Below are positions 49,484-59,687 of a DNA stretch of 64,000 nucleotides, piece by piece. The position numbers and the translations under genes were made by a program. This DNA is from Desulfosoma sp. (GTDB lineage: Bacteria > Desulfobacterota > Syntrophobacteria > Syntrophobacterales > DSM-9756). The DNA is taken from positions 96,001-160,000 of the forward strand of contig JBBFKW010000008.1 in the NCBI GenBank assembly GCA_037481835.1, written 5' to 3'. The notes beneath the pieces were generated by a model. That model was not told the origin of the DNA, searched no databases, and saw only the letters and a list, made by a program, of their open reading frames with translations. Within the stretch, counting starts at the first letter, position 1. Each line of letters begins with the position of its first letter.

Positions 49484-51259
49484 ATGAATCCCCTCGGGCC
49501 GGACCCTTCCCCAAGACGGGATGGGATGAACGCCTTCCGGCTCCTCAAACTTTCGGCAGGCCGGTATGCGTGGCGGTTGGCCGCCGGTTTCCTGTGCTTG
49601 GCCTCGGTGGACATCCTCCAACTGTGGATTCCCCGCGTGATGAAGCACGCCGTGGATGGGGTTTCGGCCGGCGCAGACACGGTCCTTCTTGCCGCACGTT
49701 CGGCCCAGATTGTGGGTCTGGCCCTGCTCATCGCCGTCCTTCGCTATTTTTGGCGGTGGTTCCTCCTGGGCTTTTCCCGGCTTTTGGAAAGAGACATCCG
49801 CCAAGAAATGGTCAGCCACGTGCTCACCCTGGACCGAACGGGCCTCCATGGACGCAGCACGGGGGACATCCTCGCCCTTTCGAGCAACGACTTGGCTTCG
49901 GTGCAGCTCGCCGCCGGCATGGGGCTGGTGGCGTTTGTGGATGCAGTCTTCATGAGCGTCGCCACCTTGGCATTCATGGCCGCCCTGCACGGCGGATTGA
50001 CCGCCATCACCGTCGCTCCTCTTCCCTTCTTGGCCCTTTTGACCCGAACTCTTTCGGCGCGACTCCACCGGCAGTTCGTCCGGGTCCAGGAAAAGTTTTC
50101 CGAACTGACCGAATGCGCCCGAACCACGCTGGCTTCCATCCGGCTGTTCAAGGCATACAACCAGGAAGAAGCCCAAACGGCCCGCTTCGACGCCCTGGGC
50201 CGAGCCTACGTGCACCACAACCTCCGGGCGGCCATGGTCCAGGGCACCCTTTTTCCCTTCGCCGGCCTGGTGGGGAACGCCAGCGTGGTCCTGGTCCTCT
50301 ATTTCGGCGGCCGCCTCACCATGCAGCAAACCATTAGCGCCGGCGATTTCGTGGCCTTCGTCGCCTACCTCCATCTCCTCACATGGCCCATGATGGCCTT
50401 CGGCTGGGTCGCCAACTTGTTCCAGCGAGGCCTCACGAGCTTAAACCGCATCCATGCGCTCCTTTCAGAGCGCGCCGCCCTTCAAGACCCCCCAAGGCCC
50501 GTTGCCGTGCCGTCGCCTCCTGTGACGCTTCGCCTGCACGAGTGCACCTTCACCTACCCGGGCATGGAAAGACCCGTGCTGCGCCGCTGCTCCATCACAT
50601 TGGAACCCGGCATCACCGGTCTCATCGGCCCCACAGGCTCGGGCAAATCCACGCTGTGTCAGATTCTCACCAGGCTCTACCCCGTCCCCGACGGGACCTA
50701 CATCGTCAACGGCATCGACGTAAACCGACTGGCAATCGCCGAGCTTCGCTCCCTCATTGCCTACGTCCCTCAAGACGGCGTCCTTTTTTCCGATACCATC
50801 GCCGCCAATATCGCCTTTGGAAAACCCGACGCCACGGAGGCAGAAATCGTGGCGGCGGCACAAGCGACGGCCATCCACGAGGAAATCCTCGCCATGGAAA
50901 ACGGGTATGAGACGCGCATCGGGGAAAAGGGGGTGCGCCTCTCCGGCGGCCAGCGCCAGCGGATCGCTCTGGCGCGGGCCCTCCTTATCAACCGGCCCAT
51001 CCTCATCATCGACGACGGTCTGTCCGCCGTGGATACGGAAACCGAGCAGATCATCCTGCGCCGTTTGGCCGAGCACGCCCGAGGCAAGATCTGCCTCGTC
51101 ATCTCCCATCGGATTGCTCAGCTTGTGAATGCCCACCGGCTCCTCGTCATGGAAGACGGTCGTATCGTGGACGCTGGAAGCCACCGGGAACTCCTGGAGA
51201 GGAACGCCTTTTACCGAACGATCCATGAGCATCAAACCCGCATCCTGTGTGCAGGATAG
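49484..51259 (+). CDS. ABC exporter, TMD plus NBD (MdlA-like)
   Basis: GPTGSGKS, LSGGQRQRIALARA, IIDDGLSAVD. Confidence 0.9.
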   Translation: MNPLGPDPSPRRDGMNAFRLLKLSAGRYAWRLAAGFLCLASVDILQLWIPRVMKHAVDGVSAGADTVLLAARSAQIVGLALLIAVLRYFWRWFLLGFSRLLERDIRQEMVSHVLTLDRTGLHGRSTGDILALSSNDLASVQLAAGMGLVAFVDAVFMSVATLAFMAALHGGLTAITVAPLPFLALLTRTLSARLHRQFVRVQEKFSELTECARTTLASIRLFKAYNQEEAQTARFDALGRAYVHHNLRAAMVQGTLFPFAGLVGNASVVLVLYFGGRLTMQQTISAGDFVAFVAYLHLLTWPMMAFGWVANLFQRGLTSLNRIHALLSERAALQDPPRPVAVPSPPVTLRLHECTFTYPGMERPVLRRCSITLEPGITGLIGPTGSGKSTLCQILTRLYPVPDGTYIVNGIDVNRLAIAELRSLIAYVPQDGVLFSDTIAANIAFGKPDATEAEIVAAAQATAIHEEILAMENGYETRIGEKGVRLSGGQRQRIALARALLINRPILIIDDGLSAVDTETEQIILRRLAEHARGKICLVISHRIAQLVNAHRLLVMEDGRIVDAGSHRELLERNAFYRTIHEHQTRILCAG

Positions 51260-51265
51260 ATTCCG

Positions 51266-53113
51266 ATGCATTACGGTTACGGATACTTTGAAGAGGCCCA
51301 GCTGGGCCGCGTTCGAGACCTGAGGCTGTGGAGGCGCCTTCTGGACATTCTTCGGCCTTATTGGAGGCCGATTCTCGGCGCCATCCTCCTTTCCCTGCTC
51401 ATTTCGGCCACGGGCTTGACCCTTCCCTACATCGTGCGGCTGGGCGTGGACGGCTACATCACGCGGGAGGCCCTGTCCTTGGCGGAGCGGCTGCGCGGAT
51501 TGCGTCATTTGGCTCTCGCCTTTACCATGTTCATGGCCGTCGGGTTCGCGGCCAATTTCTTTCAAGTGGTCCTCTTGGAATGGGCGGGGCAGCGGGTGAT
51601 GCACACCCTGCGCCAGCGCCTTTTTCACCACGTGATCCATCTGGATGTCGCCTTCTTCAACAAACACCCCGTGGGCAAACTGGTCACGCGCCTTACCAAC
51701 GACATTCAAAACATGCACGAAGCCATGACGTCCGTCGTGGTCACCGTCTTTAACGACCTCATCCAGCTTTTCGGCATCCTCGCCATCCTCTTTTGGATGG
51801 ATTGGCGGCTCACCGGCCTGCTGTGCACCGTCATCCCCATCGTCCTGGCGGTGACCTGGTATTTCAGCCGCTTGGCCCGGGAATCCTTCCGAGATCTTCG
51901 CACGCGCCTGGCGCGCATCAACGCCTTCTTGCAGGAAGTCCTCGGCGGTCTGTTCGTAATCCAAATTTTCCAAAGGGAAAGGGATACGGCCGCGCGGTTC
52001 CGGGACCTCAACGAGGCCCACCTTGAGGCCGCCTTTCGGCAGATCCGCATTTTCGGCTTTTTCATGCCCTTTATCGAAGTCATGCATTCCTCGGCCGTAG
52101 CCCTTATGATCTGGTTCGGCGGACGGGAAATCGTCCAAGGACGCATGTCCCTCGGAACCCTCATCGCTTTCTTGTCCTATGTGCGCCTGTGCTTCCAGCC
52201 TCTTCGCGAACTGTCCCAGAAATACTCCATCGTTCAGTCCGCCCTGGCTTCGGCGGAACGAATCTTCGAACTTTTGGACACCCCCCGTTCGGCACCGGAT
52301 TCCGCCGCCGTGGCGGCACCTTCCCAAGTGAGAGGCGTCCTCACCTTCGACCGGGTTTCTTTTGCCTACGATTCCGGCCGTCCCGTGCTTCAGGACGTCT
52401 CCTTTCACATCGACCCGGGGGAGACGGTGGCCGTGGTCGGGGCCACCGGCGCGGGCAAAACCACCCTGATCAATCTCTTGGAGCGGTTCTATGAACCCTC
52501 CCAAGGGCGCATCCTTCTCGACGGGATGGACATCCGGGACATGGATGTGCACGCCTTGCGCCGTCGGATCGGATTGGTCATGCAGGACGTGTTCCTGGTG
52601 CCGGGAACCCTTCGGGAAAACATCTGCCTGGATCTGCGCCTGGATGCGCCCGAGCTGGAACGGATCGTTCATCACGCCCGCCTCGCCTCCTTCGTCGCCC
52701 GGCTCCCCCAAGGGCTGGACACCCGAGTGGGCCCCGGGGGGATCGACCTTTCCGCCGGCGAGAAACAACTTCTCGCCTTCGCCCGGGTGTTGGCACGGGA
52801 TCCCAGGATCCTTATTCTTGACGAAGCGACGTCCAATGTGGATTCATCCACGGAACGGGAGGTGGAAAGGGCCTTGGAAGAGGTCTTGGCGGGACGCACG
52901 GGAATCATCATCGCCCATCGTCTGTCGACGGTTCAAAGAGCGTCCCGGATCTTCGTCCTGGACGGCGGAAAATTGGTGGAAACCGGAACTCATGAGGACT
53001 TGGTCCGAAAGGACGGGTATTACGCCAGATTGCTCCGATTGAGTCTGGCCTGCGGCCCGAGGGAAGAACATCGTGCTTCAGGGGCATTGTCTGAATCCCA
53101 AATTGCCAAGTAA
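51266..53113 (+). CDS. ABC exporter, TMD plus NBD (MdlB-like)
   Basis: GATGAGKT, LSAGEKQLLAFAR, ILDEATSNVD. Confidence 0.9.
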   Translation: MHYGYGYFEEAQLGRVRDLRLWRRLLDILRPYWRPILGAILLSLLISATGLTLPYIVRLGVDGYITREALSLAERLRGLRHLALAFTMFMAVGFAANFFQVVLLEWAGQRVMHTLRQRLFHHVIHLDVAFFNKHPVGKLVTRLTNDIQNMHEAMTSVVVTVFNDLIQLFGILAILFWMDWRLTGLLCTVIPIVLAVTWYFSRLARESFRDLRTRLARINAFLQEVLGGLFVIQIFQRERDTAARFRDLNEAHLEAAFRQIRIFGFFMPFIEVMHSSAVALMIWFGGREIVQGRMSLGTLIAFLSYVRLCFQPLRELSQKYSIVQSALASAERIFELLDTPRSAPDSAAVAAPSQVRGVLTFDRVSFAYDSGRPVLQDVSFHIDPGETVAVVGATGAGKTTLINLLERFYEPSQGRILLDGMDIRDMDVHALRRRIGLVMQDVFLVPGTLRENICLDLRLDAPELERIVHHARLASFVARLPQGLDTRVGPGGIDLSAGEKQLLAFARVLARDPRILILDEATSNVDSSTEREVERALEEVLAGRTGIIIAHRLSTVQRASRIFVLDGGKLVETGTHEDLVRKDGYYARLLRLSLACGPREEHRASGALSESQIAK

Positions 53114-53124
53114 AGGAGCGGGTT

Positions 53125-53622
53125 ATGGCAGCGAAGAGGCCGAAGAGGCGGATTATCGTTTTTATGGTGTGGTGCGTGATTTTTGGGCTTGTCGGGGCCG
53201 TAGGAGCCCAGCCCCCGGCGAGCAGCATGGGAGGGTGGGAAAAAGGCGGCGCCTACGATCGCCTCTATAACCCCCAGGAACTGGACAAGATCAAAGGCAC
53301 CGTCGTGAAAATCCAGGAAGTCACCCCCATGGAGGGGATGAGCCCCGGCGTCGCCTTGACGGTGGAAGACAAGGACGGGACCAAGGCCTTGGTGCATCTG
53401 GGCCCTCGCTGGTTTATCGACCCCAAGACCATGGGCATCCAGGTCGGGGACACGGTCAAGATCACGGGCTGCTGGGCGGATATCAAGGGCCAGGAAGTCT
53501 TCATGGCATCCAAGGTCAAGAAGGGCGACCATTTTGAGTTCAAGGTGCGCCTCACCAAGGATGGAACGCCGTTCTGGACCATGAGCCCCGAAGAACTGGC
53601 CAAAGAGCGCGCCGCCGATTAG
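53125..53622 (+). CDS. Exported hypothetical protein, probable beta-barrel (OB-like)
   Basis: Signal peptide; VHLGPRWF...GDTVKITG...DGTPFW. Confidence 0.65.
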   Translation: MAAKRPKRRIIVFMVWCVIFGLVGAVGAQPPASSMGGWEKGGAYDRLYNPQELDKIKGTVVKIQEVTPMEGMSPGVALTVEDKDGTKALVHLGPRWFIDPKTMGIQVGDTVKITGCWADIKGQEVFMASKVKKGDHFEFKVRLTKDGTPFWTMSPEELAKERAAD

Positions 53623-53626
53623 ACCC

Positions 53627-54745
53627 ATGTGGACTTTTCTTCTCCTTTTTCTCACCGTCTACACGAGCATGCACGCGGTGTTCTATTACCGCGTGCATGT
53701 GCTGTTCGGTGAGCGCAAAGGGATGGCGCTCGCCTTCACGGTCTTCCTCGGGCTCATGATCCTTTCTCCCGTTTTGTGCCGTCTTTTGGAACGCACCGGC
53801 TGGGAAACCCAGGCGCGCGTCTTGGCCCATGTGGGCTATCCCTGGATGGGTTTTCTCTTCTTGGCTTTCTGGTGTTCCGTGCTCGTCGGCGCCGTCAACG
53901 CGGTGCTTTGGGGTCTTCACCGTTATGCCGGTCTCAACATGGTCCGCATCCCCGAAAAACCAGCCGCCGTCGCGGTCCTCGTCGCAGCGGGGATTCTCAC
54001 ACTTTACGGCGCTTTTGAGGCCTGGAACATCCGCGTGGAACGGATCCGGCTGGAAACGGAAAAACTTCCGCCGCATGTGCCGCGACTCGTCGTCGCCCAG
54101 ATTTCCGATGTGCACCTGGGGTTGAACGGCCGTGAAGGCCGTGCGGAAAGGATTCTTCGCGCCGTTCGAGCCGCCGAACCCGATTTGCTCGTTTCCACGG
54201 GGGACTTGGTGGACGGAGCGCCCCATTCCCTGGAACCGTTGCTTCCCCTGTTCCAAAGCGTGCAGCCGAAGCTCGGCAAGGTGGCCGTCGTGGGAAACCA
54301 CGAATACTACGTGGGCCTCCAGGGGGCCATGGACTGGACGCGCCGGGCGGGCTTCATGCTCCTCAAGGACAACGGGACCACCCTGGCGGGGATTCTCAAC
54401 GTGGCGGGCGTGGACGACACTTGGAAAGACCGGCCGGACATCGAATCCGGACTCCTGCGATCCCTCCCCGATGAGCTCTTCACCCTCTATTTGAAGCACC
54501 GCCCCCAAGTATGCCCCGAAACGGTCGGCCTGTTCGACCTGCAGCTTTCCGGTCACACCCACCGCGGCCAGATTTTTCCCTTCTCCCTTTTCGTCGCCCT
54601 GATGTATCCTTTTTTCAACGGCACGTACGACATGGGCGAAGGATCCGTGCTGCACACCAGCCGCGGCACGGGCACGTGGGGTCCGCCGATCCGCCTGCTG
54701 GCCCCGCCGGAAATCACCGTGTTCGAAATTGTTCGAAAGCATTGA
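53627..54745 (+). CDS. Membrane-anchored metallophosphoesterase (YkuE-like)
   Basis: SDVHLG, GDLVD, GNHEYY, LSGHTHRGQIFP, SRGTGTWGPP. Confidence 0.9.
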   Translation: MWTFLLLFLTVYTSMHAVFYYRVHVLFGERKGMALAFTVFLGLMILSPVLCRLLERTGWETQARVLAHVGYPWMGFLFLAFWCSVLVGAVNAVLWGLHRYAGLNMVRIPEKPAAVAVLVAAGILTLYGAFEAWNIRVERIRLETEKLPPHVPRLVVAQISDVHLGLNGREGRAERILRAVRAAEPDLLVSTGDLVDGAPHSLEPLLPLFQSVQPKLGKVAVVGNHEYYVGLQGAMDWTRRAGFMLLKDNGTTLAGILNVAGVDDTWKDRPDIESGLLRSLPDELFTLYLKHRPQVCPETVGLFDLQLSGHTHRGQIFPFSLFVALMYPFFNGTYDMGEGSVLHTSRGTGTWGPPIRLLAPPEITVFEIVRKH

Positions 54746-54824
54746 ACGGACCGGCTCGACCCATACCGGCGGACGCACTGCCCATCGCCAACCAGGAACG
54801 ACTTCAAAACAGGAGGGTCTCGGC

Positions 54825-55172
54825 GTGGACAAGAACCGATGGCTTTATCTCACCGGCGCTTTACTCTACGTTGACTTTACGGCGCTCGTCATTCTCGGCT
54901 TGTTGTTGAAATTCGCCATCCCCACAGGCCCCCGCGGCGGCGGATCACCCCCTTCGTTCCTGGGCGTCACCCGCCACGGTTGGGCGGACGTCCATGGCAC
55001 GCTGGGAATTTTGTTCATCGTGCTTGTCGCCGTCCATATTGCGCTCAACTGGACCTGGGTCGTGAACTCGTCCAAGCGCTACTTCCAGGACAAATGGGCA
55101 AAGGCCCTGTTGATCCTCAGCGCGGTGTGGGTGCCCGTCCTTTTCGTCGGCTGGATCGCTTCCCGGTTTTAA
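54825..55172 (+). CDS. DUF4405-like small membrane protein
   Basis: WADVHGTLG...HIALNWTW His-containing TM pattern; AGGAGG RBS. Confidence 0.7.
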   Translation: MDKNRWLYLTGALLYVDFTALVILGLLLKFAIPTGPRGGGSPPSFLGVTRHGWADVHGTLGILFIVLVAVHIALNWTWVVNSSKRYFQDKWAKALLILSAVWVPVLFVGWIASRF

Positions 55173-55315
55173 GCCCCATGGGGGTGTGTTCCATGTTGGG
55201 GGTCGCGGCGCCGCACCACTTCGCATCCTGCCGCAGCGGGACAAAAACACGGCGGGCTTTTGGGCCCGTGGAGGCTCTTTAAAGGTTTTTTCCCGCAAGA
55301 AAGAAATCTTTACCG

Positions 55316-57184
55316 TCAAAAGGCGATGCCGTCGTCACTCCAGCGAAAACTTTCCCCGTTCAGCACCAGCCTCTCCTTGGCAAACCACAGCGCCAAGTCT
55401 TCGCCTTCGTCGTCCTTCTTTTCCGGCTTGGATTCCTGCAGTTTCTCCGAGGCGCGTCCTTCGGAGGGGGGCGGCGCGGTGCGCTTGGAGTCGGTGAAAA
55501 GGAACGAGGAGTACTTGACGATTTTCGATTCCTGCTCTTCGGCGGGCACGATGGCCGTCGTAAAGATCATCTCGATCGTGTAGGCCTCCTTTGCGCTTCG
55601 GTCTTCGGCGAGCTTTTCCCGCATCAGGGACACGGCGATGCGCGCCTGCCGCTTCTTTTTGATGAACTTTTTCGTGGACAGCACATCCTTAAAGGTCAAC
55701 ACGGTGACCTCGGGATAATTGCGCAGCGGCGCCGTCTCCGAGGGCTGAAAGGTATGTTCCCCATCCTCGTCCATGAGACGCAGCTGCACGGTGAGGTTGT
55801 CCGCCATCCAACGGGTCGGAAGCAGGAGCGCCAGATTGTCCCCTCGAAACACGTTCAGGGGGTTCAGCCATGATTTGTTTTCGGCAAGCAGGAGCACATG
55901 GTCGAATTCCCCTTGGATCCTTCGCAGGATGTCGCGGTTTCGCAGTTGTCCGTAGAGCCATAGGACATCGTAGTTTTTGATCTTATCGTTTTTCAGCACG
56001 GCGTCCATGATGCGGTCGAACACGTCGCTTCGGGCGTCGAGCAGCAGAGCCGGTCCTAGAGCGCGCATCATTTCGGGATCTTCGATGAAGGTGAGATACC
56101 CGTTATCCAGGTTTCGCAGGATGAGTCGGCCGGCCGTGTCCTTGTCCCCGAGGCGCGCATAGTGCAAGGCGGCAAAAAGGATATTGCCCCAGTCTTCATC
56201 GTCGGAATTGGCTAGGACCACCTCCAGGTCCCGGCGGATTTGCGCCGGGGAGGCGTGTTGGACGGTGAGCATGATCTTGTGCATGGCGGTGGAGGCCGCA
56301 AAGGGGTCTTTCCTCAGGATCCCCTGGTGGATGCTTTGGAATTGGTTGAAGCAAAAAAGCGCCTCCTTGGCGTTGCCCATTTCATAGGCGGACTGGCCCC
56401 GGTAGTACCAATAAGGCGGAAACTTCTGGAACGCGCTTTCCAGCCGTTCCAACTTGCGGTATCGGCGCTCGATGTCCGGTTCCTTGAGAATGGCCGTGTA
56501 GTCGCTGAGCTGTTTTTCATTGAGCCGCCATTCGTCGGGCAGCTGGTAGCGCCGCATCAAGTCCCAGGAATACTTGAGCAGCTTCTTGTAAAAATTGTTC
56601 AGGCCCTGGAGGGTGGCCGCCTCGATTTTCCACGCCGCCTCTTCCCGCTCCTTCTTGTAGTCGTCCATCCTGTCCCGGTAATTGAAATAGAACGAGCCCA
56701 CGTTGAGCACCGCATTGAGGACGCCCATGTAGGGATTGAGGAGAAGGTCCGTTTCCAGGATCCGCTTTCGCAACCGCTTCCTGAGTTCGTTTTGCACGTT
56801 CTTTTCGTAGCTTCGGGAGAGCGCGGCGCGTTCGTGTTCCTGGATTTTGGAGGCGGTCAACAGGTCCATGAGTTCCTGGAGCAAGCTGATGATGTCGGCA
56901 TCGGGGATTTTGTTGAGGTTCAAGTTGTTGATGATCGTGTTGTATTCCTGGTCCAGCACCACCTTGTCGTTGTAGGTGATGATGTGGGTCAGGGAGACGG
57001 CGATCTGGTTCAGAGCCTGCAGGACCTGAAGTTGGACGGAGCCTTCCTCCTGCGCCGCACCCGGCCGAGGCGGGCCCACATCGCACAGGCCCGCAGGCGC
57101 CGAAAACACTATTGCGAGACACACAAAGAGGAGCTCACACCCCGGAAAAAGTCGTCGTCGAACAGTCCGTGCACGCCATCCCAT
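55316..57184 (-). CDS. Large exported alpha-helical/TPR-like hypothetical protein
   Basis: Long ORF with signal peptide, coiled coils and a TPR-like YWYYRGQSAYEMG segment; start uncertain. Confidence 0.65.
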   Translation of the reverse strand: MGWRARTVRRRLFPGCELLFVCLAIVFSAPAGLCDVGPPRPGAAQEEGSVQLQVLQALNQIAVSLTHIITYNDKVVLDQEYNTIINNLNLNKIPDADIISLLQELMDLLTASKIQEHERAALSRSYEKNVQNELRKRLRKRILETDLLLNPYMGVLNAVLNVGSFYFNYRDRMDDYKKEREEAAWKIEAATLQGLNNFYKKLLKYSWDLMRRYQLPDEWRLNEKQLSDYTAILKEPDIERRYRKLERLESAFQKFPPYWYYRGQSAYEMGNAKEALFCFNQFQSIHQGILRKDPFAASTAMHKIMLTVQHASPAQIRRDLEVVLANSDDEDWGNILFAALHYARLGDKDTAGRLILRNLDNGYLTFIEDPEMMRALGPALLLDARSDVFDRIMDAVLKNDKIKNYDVLWLYGQLRNRDILRRIQGEFDHVLLLAENKSWLNPLNVFRGDNLALLLPTRWMADNLTVQLRLMDEDGEHTFQPSETAPLRNYPEVTVLTFKDVLSTKKFIKKKRQARIAVSLMREKLAEDRSAKEAYTIEMIFTTAIVPAEEQESKIVKYSSFLFTDSKRTAPPPSEGRASEKLQESKPEKKDDEGEDLALWFAKERLVLNGESFRWSDDGIAF

Positions 57185-57252
57185 CGTCTTGATTCCCTCC
57201 ATCGCCACATTTGCGATCCATGAGCAGAGCTTCGTCTGTGCGGCGAAAAGAT

Positions 57253-58380
57253 TCATGGCACATCCCCTGCTGCCTGAGACCACGAGGTCGGCAGAGATCC
57301 GTACCCATGGAGCACGACGGCGTTGGCCGAAAAGACGGCCCAGGCCCATGCGCCTTCCTTGAGCTTCATTCGGTCGGCGCTTTCCGCCGTAATGACGGCA
57401 CAGAGCTCCGTCCCGTCGGAAAGTTCCACGGTGACTTCGGCCGTCACCGTGCCCCGAAGGAGGCGCCGGATCGTGCCCCGAAATCGGTTCTCGGCGCTTA
57501 ACTCTGGTTCTTCGGGCCCCGAACCGAGAACGACCCACGGGGCCTTGACTTCCGCAACCATGTATTTTCCTTCCTCGATGGCGAGACGCTGGAGGCTGTC
57601 GGCGGTGATCACCGTGATGATCCTATGGCCGCCAAGCGTCTCCAGGTGCACCTCCGCCTGAATGTCTCCCCGATGGACGGCCTTCACTCGACCGAAAAAA
57701 GCATTTCGGGCGCTGGTCCGCCCGGTGGATTCCCTTTCGAGGAAAAGCTTCATCACCTGGCGGATGTCGTCCTGGGAAAAAGAAACATAGCTCGTGCCGA
57801 CGGCAGGCGTCCCGTACCCGAGAACCCTCTGGACGACGGGAAGGGGGATGTGCCCCTTGAGGAGTTCCACGGCTCTCGCTTTGCGGATCATTTCGGGGCT
57901 GCCCAAGCCTTTGGGAAACCCGCAGGCGTGCGCCCTTTCGTAAAACTTTCGGCGCACGAAGGCGGCATCCAAGGCGAGTGGCCCACGGAACCGGGCCGTG
58001 AGGTCGGGGGAGTCCACAAGGGACCGAATTTCGCCGAGCACCCGTCTCGCCACGTCCACGGTGCGGGATGAAGGGCCTTTGGCCCCGGGACCTCCTCGAA
58101 AAAGCACGCATTGATTTTCCCAGTCGATATCTCGAGACGGGTCCAGACGAAGAACTTCATTGAGCTTCGCGCCCGTGTGGCGGATGAGGAGGAAAATGAG
58201 ATAAACCCGAGAGCGGGAAAGGCGATGGGCGGCGGATTCCTGAGCCCACCGGCGGAAGGATTCTTCCAGGCGCTCCAAGGCCGGGGGATCCAAAACCCTG
58301 GTGCGGTCCAAAGGGGCCGCGGCCGAGCGGCCCGACGGCCCTTTCTCGGCGCTTTTGTTCCCGCTGTCAGTCCCGCTCAT
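57253..58380 (-). CDS. TunR-like regulator: integrase-fold DNA-binding domain plus tandem TOBE (Mop) domains
   Basis: HTGAKLNEV and SPEMIRKARAVELL...VQRVLGY...SY (degenerate tyrosine-recombinase boxes); TSARNAF and LSAENRF TOBE motifs. Confidence 0.85.
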   Translation of the reverse strand: MSGTDSGNKSAEKGPSGRSAAAPLDRTRVLDPPALERLEESFRRWAQESAAHRLSRSRVYLIFLLIRHTGAKLNEVLRLDPSRDIDWENQCVLFRGGPGAKGPSSRTVDVARRVLGEIRSLVDSPDLTARFRGPLALDAAFVRRKFYERAHACGFPKGLGSPEMIRKARAVELLKGHIPLPVVQRVLGYGTPAVGTSYVSFSQDDIRQVMKLFLERESTGRTSARNAFFGRVKAVHRGDIQAEVHLETLGGHRIITVITADSLQRLAIEEGKYMVAEVKAPWVVLGSGPEEPELSAENRFRGTIRRLLRGTVTAEVTVELSDGTELCAVITAESADRMKLKEGAWAWAVFSANAVVLHGYGSLPTSWSQAAGDVP

Positions 58381-58613
58381 GCAACCCTTATCCCTTGCCC
58401 GTGCCTCATTTCCGGGGCGCCCCCTCTCCCCCGCCTTCAGAAACCGCCTCGATGCCGAAAGGCTGCCTTCTTTGGGAGTGCATGTCCTTCGGCCCCGCAG
58501 CGCCGCCAGACCCCCTTGCGGCGCTCTTATGTACCACAACCGGCAAGGCGGCCGCCAGAGGCAGCGGGGCGGCCTCTTTTGGATCTTGACGCAGGGGGCC
58601 TGCGAAGGCTAGA

Positions 58614-58642
58614 TTGACACGAAAAATTTTATTTTCGTGTCA
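58614..58642. promoter_or_regulatory. Palindromic operator overlapping a TTGACA -35 box
   Basis: TGACACGAAAA-ATTTTA-TTTTCGTGTCA, a perfect 11-6-11 inverted repeat between the divergent regulator and TauE gene. Confidence 0.8.
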
Positions 58643-58680
58643 GATTGGGAAAAAACTGAGCGGGAACGAAGGAGGGGCTT

Positions 58681-59643
58681 ATGGTCTTTCCCACTGCGGG
58701 GATTGAAGTGGCACCCTGGGTGCCGCCTTTGGTGGCTTTCGTGATTTCCTTTTTCACATCCATGGGGGGGGTTTCCGGGGCGTTCCTGCTCCTGCCCTTT
58801 CAAATGTCCGTCCTGGGCTACACGCATCCTTCGGTGAGCGCCACGAATCAGTTGTTCAACATCGTGGCCATTCCCAGCGGGGTGTACCGGTACTGGAAGG
58901 AAGGGCGGATGGTTTGGCCCCTGACGTGGGTGGTGGTCATCGGGACGCTGCCCGGAGTGCTCATCGGCGCCGTCGTCCGCGTGGCCTATCTTCCCAACCC
59001 CAAGAATTTCAAGCTCTTTGCCGCCGCCGTCCTGCTCTATATCGGCGTGAGGATGGTGCAGGATCTTCTGAAAAAAAACACCGGGGGCGCGTCGAAGGCC
59101 GATACGGAAAAGAGGTTTCAGGAAATGGTGCGCCGTCATCGGGCCATGGCTTCCCAGGCCGCCGGGGGAACCTCGCCCCAGGCCCTGCCGTCGGTCAAAG
59201 TGACCCATTTCAATACGCGGCGCCTCGGCTACACGTTCTATGAGGAATCCTACGACGTGCCCTTTTGGGGGATTTTCGCCCTGGCTTTCATCGTGGGTAT
59301 TGTGGGCGGCATTTACGGCATCGGCGGCGGCGCCATCATCGCTCCGTTTTTCGTGACTTTTTTCAAACTGCCCGTCTACACCGTGGCCGGAGCGGCCCTG
59401 ATGGGCACATTTGTCACGTCCGTGGCCGGAGTGGCCTTCTACCAGGCCTTGGCGCCTTTTTACCCCAACATGTCCGTGGCCCCGGATTGGCTTCTCGGGG
59501 TCCTTTTCGGCCTCGGCGGCATGGCCGGCATGTATCTCGGCGCCCGCTGCCAAAAATACGTCCCGGCGAGGGCCATCAAATGGATGCTGGCCGCCATCAT
59601 CGTCTTTACGGCCGTTAAATACATCGTCGGGTTTTTCTCTTAA
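58681..59643 (+). CDS. TauE/SafE (TSUP) family anion transporter
   Basis: SMGGVSGAFLLLP, GGIYGIGGGAIIAP, GMYLGAR. Confidence 0.88.
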   Translation: MVFPTAGIEVAPWVPPLVAFVISFFTSMGGVSGAFLLLPFQMSVLGYTHPSVSATNQLFNIVAIPSGVYRYWKEGRMVWPLTWVVVIGTLPGVLIGAVVRVAYLPNPKNFKLFAAAVLLYIGVRMVQDLLKKNTGGASKADTEKRFQEMVRRHRAMASQAAGGTSPQALPSVKVTHFNTRRLGYTFYEESYDVPFWGIFALAFIVGIVGGIYGIGGGAIIAPFFVTFFKLPVYTVAGAALMGTFVTSVAGVAFYQALAPFYPNMSVAPDWLLGVLFGLGGMAGMYLGARCQKYVPARAIKWMLAAIIVFTAVKYIVGFFS

Positions 59644-59687
59644 CGATCGAGGCGAACCTGACGGGGACTCGGCTGTCGGGAGGGCTT

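Noticed and set aside
50465..52768. Long antisense ORFs (also 17378-19441, 40813-42252, 60701-62671, 9522-11231)
   Set aside because: Shadow frames of well-supported genes in GC-rich DNA.
57253..58380. Active phage integrase or prophage boundary
   Set aside because: Catalytic Arg/His positions are substituted, TOBE domains are fused, and no phage genes are nearby.
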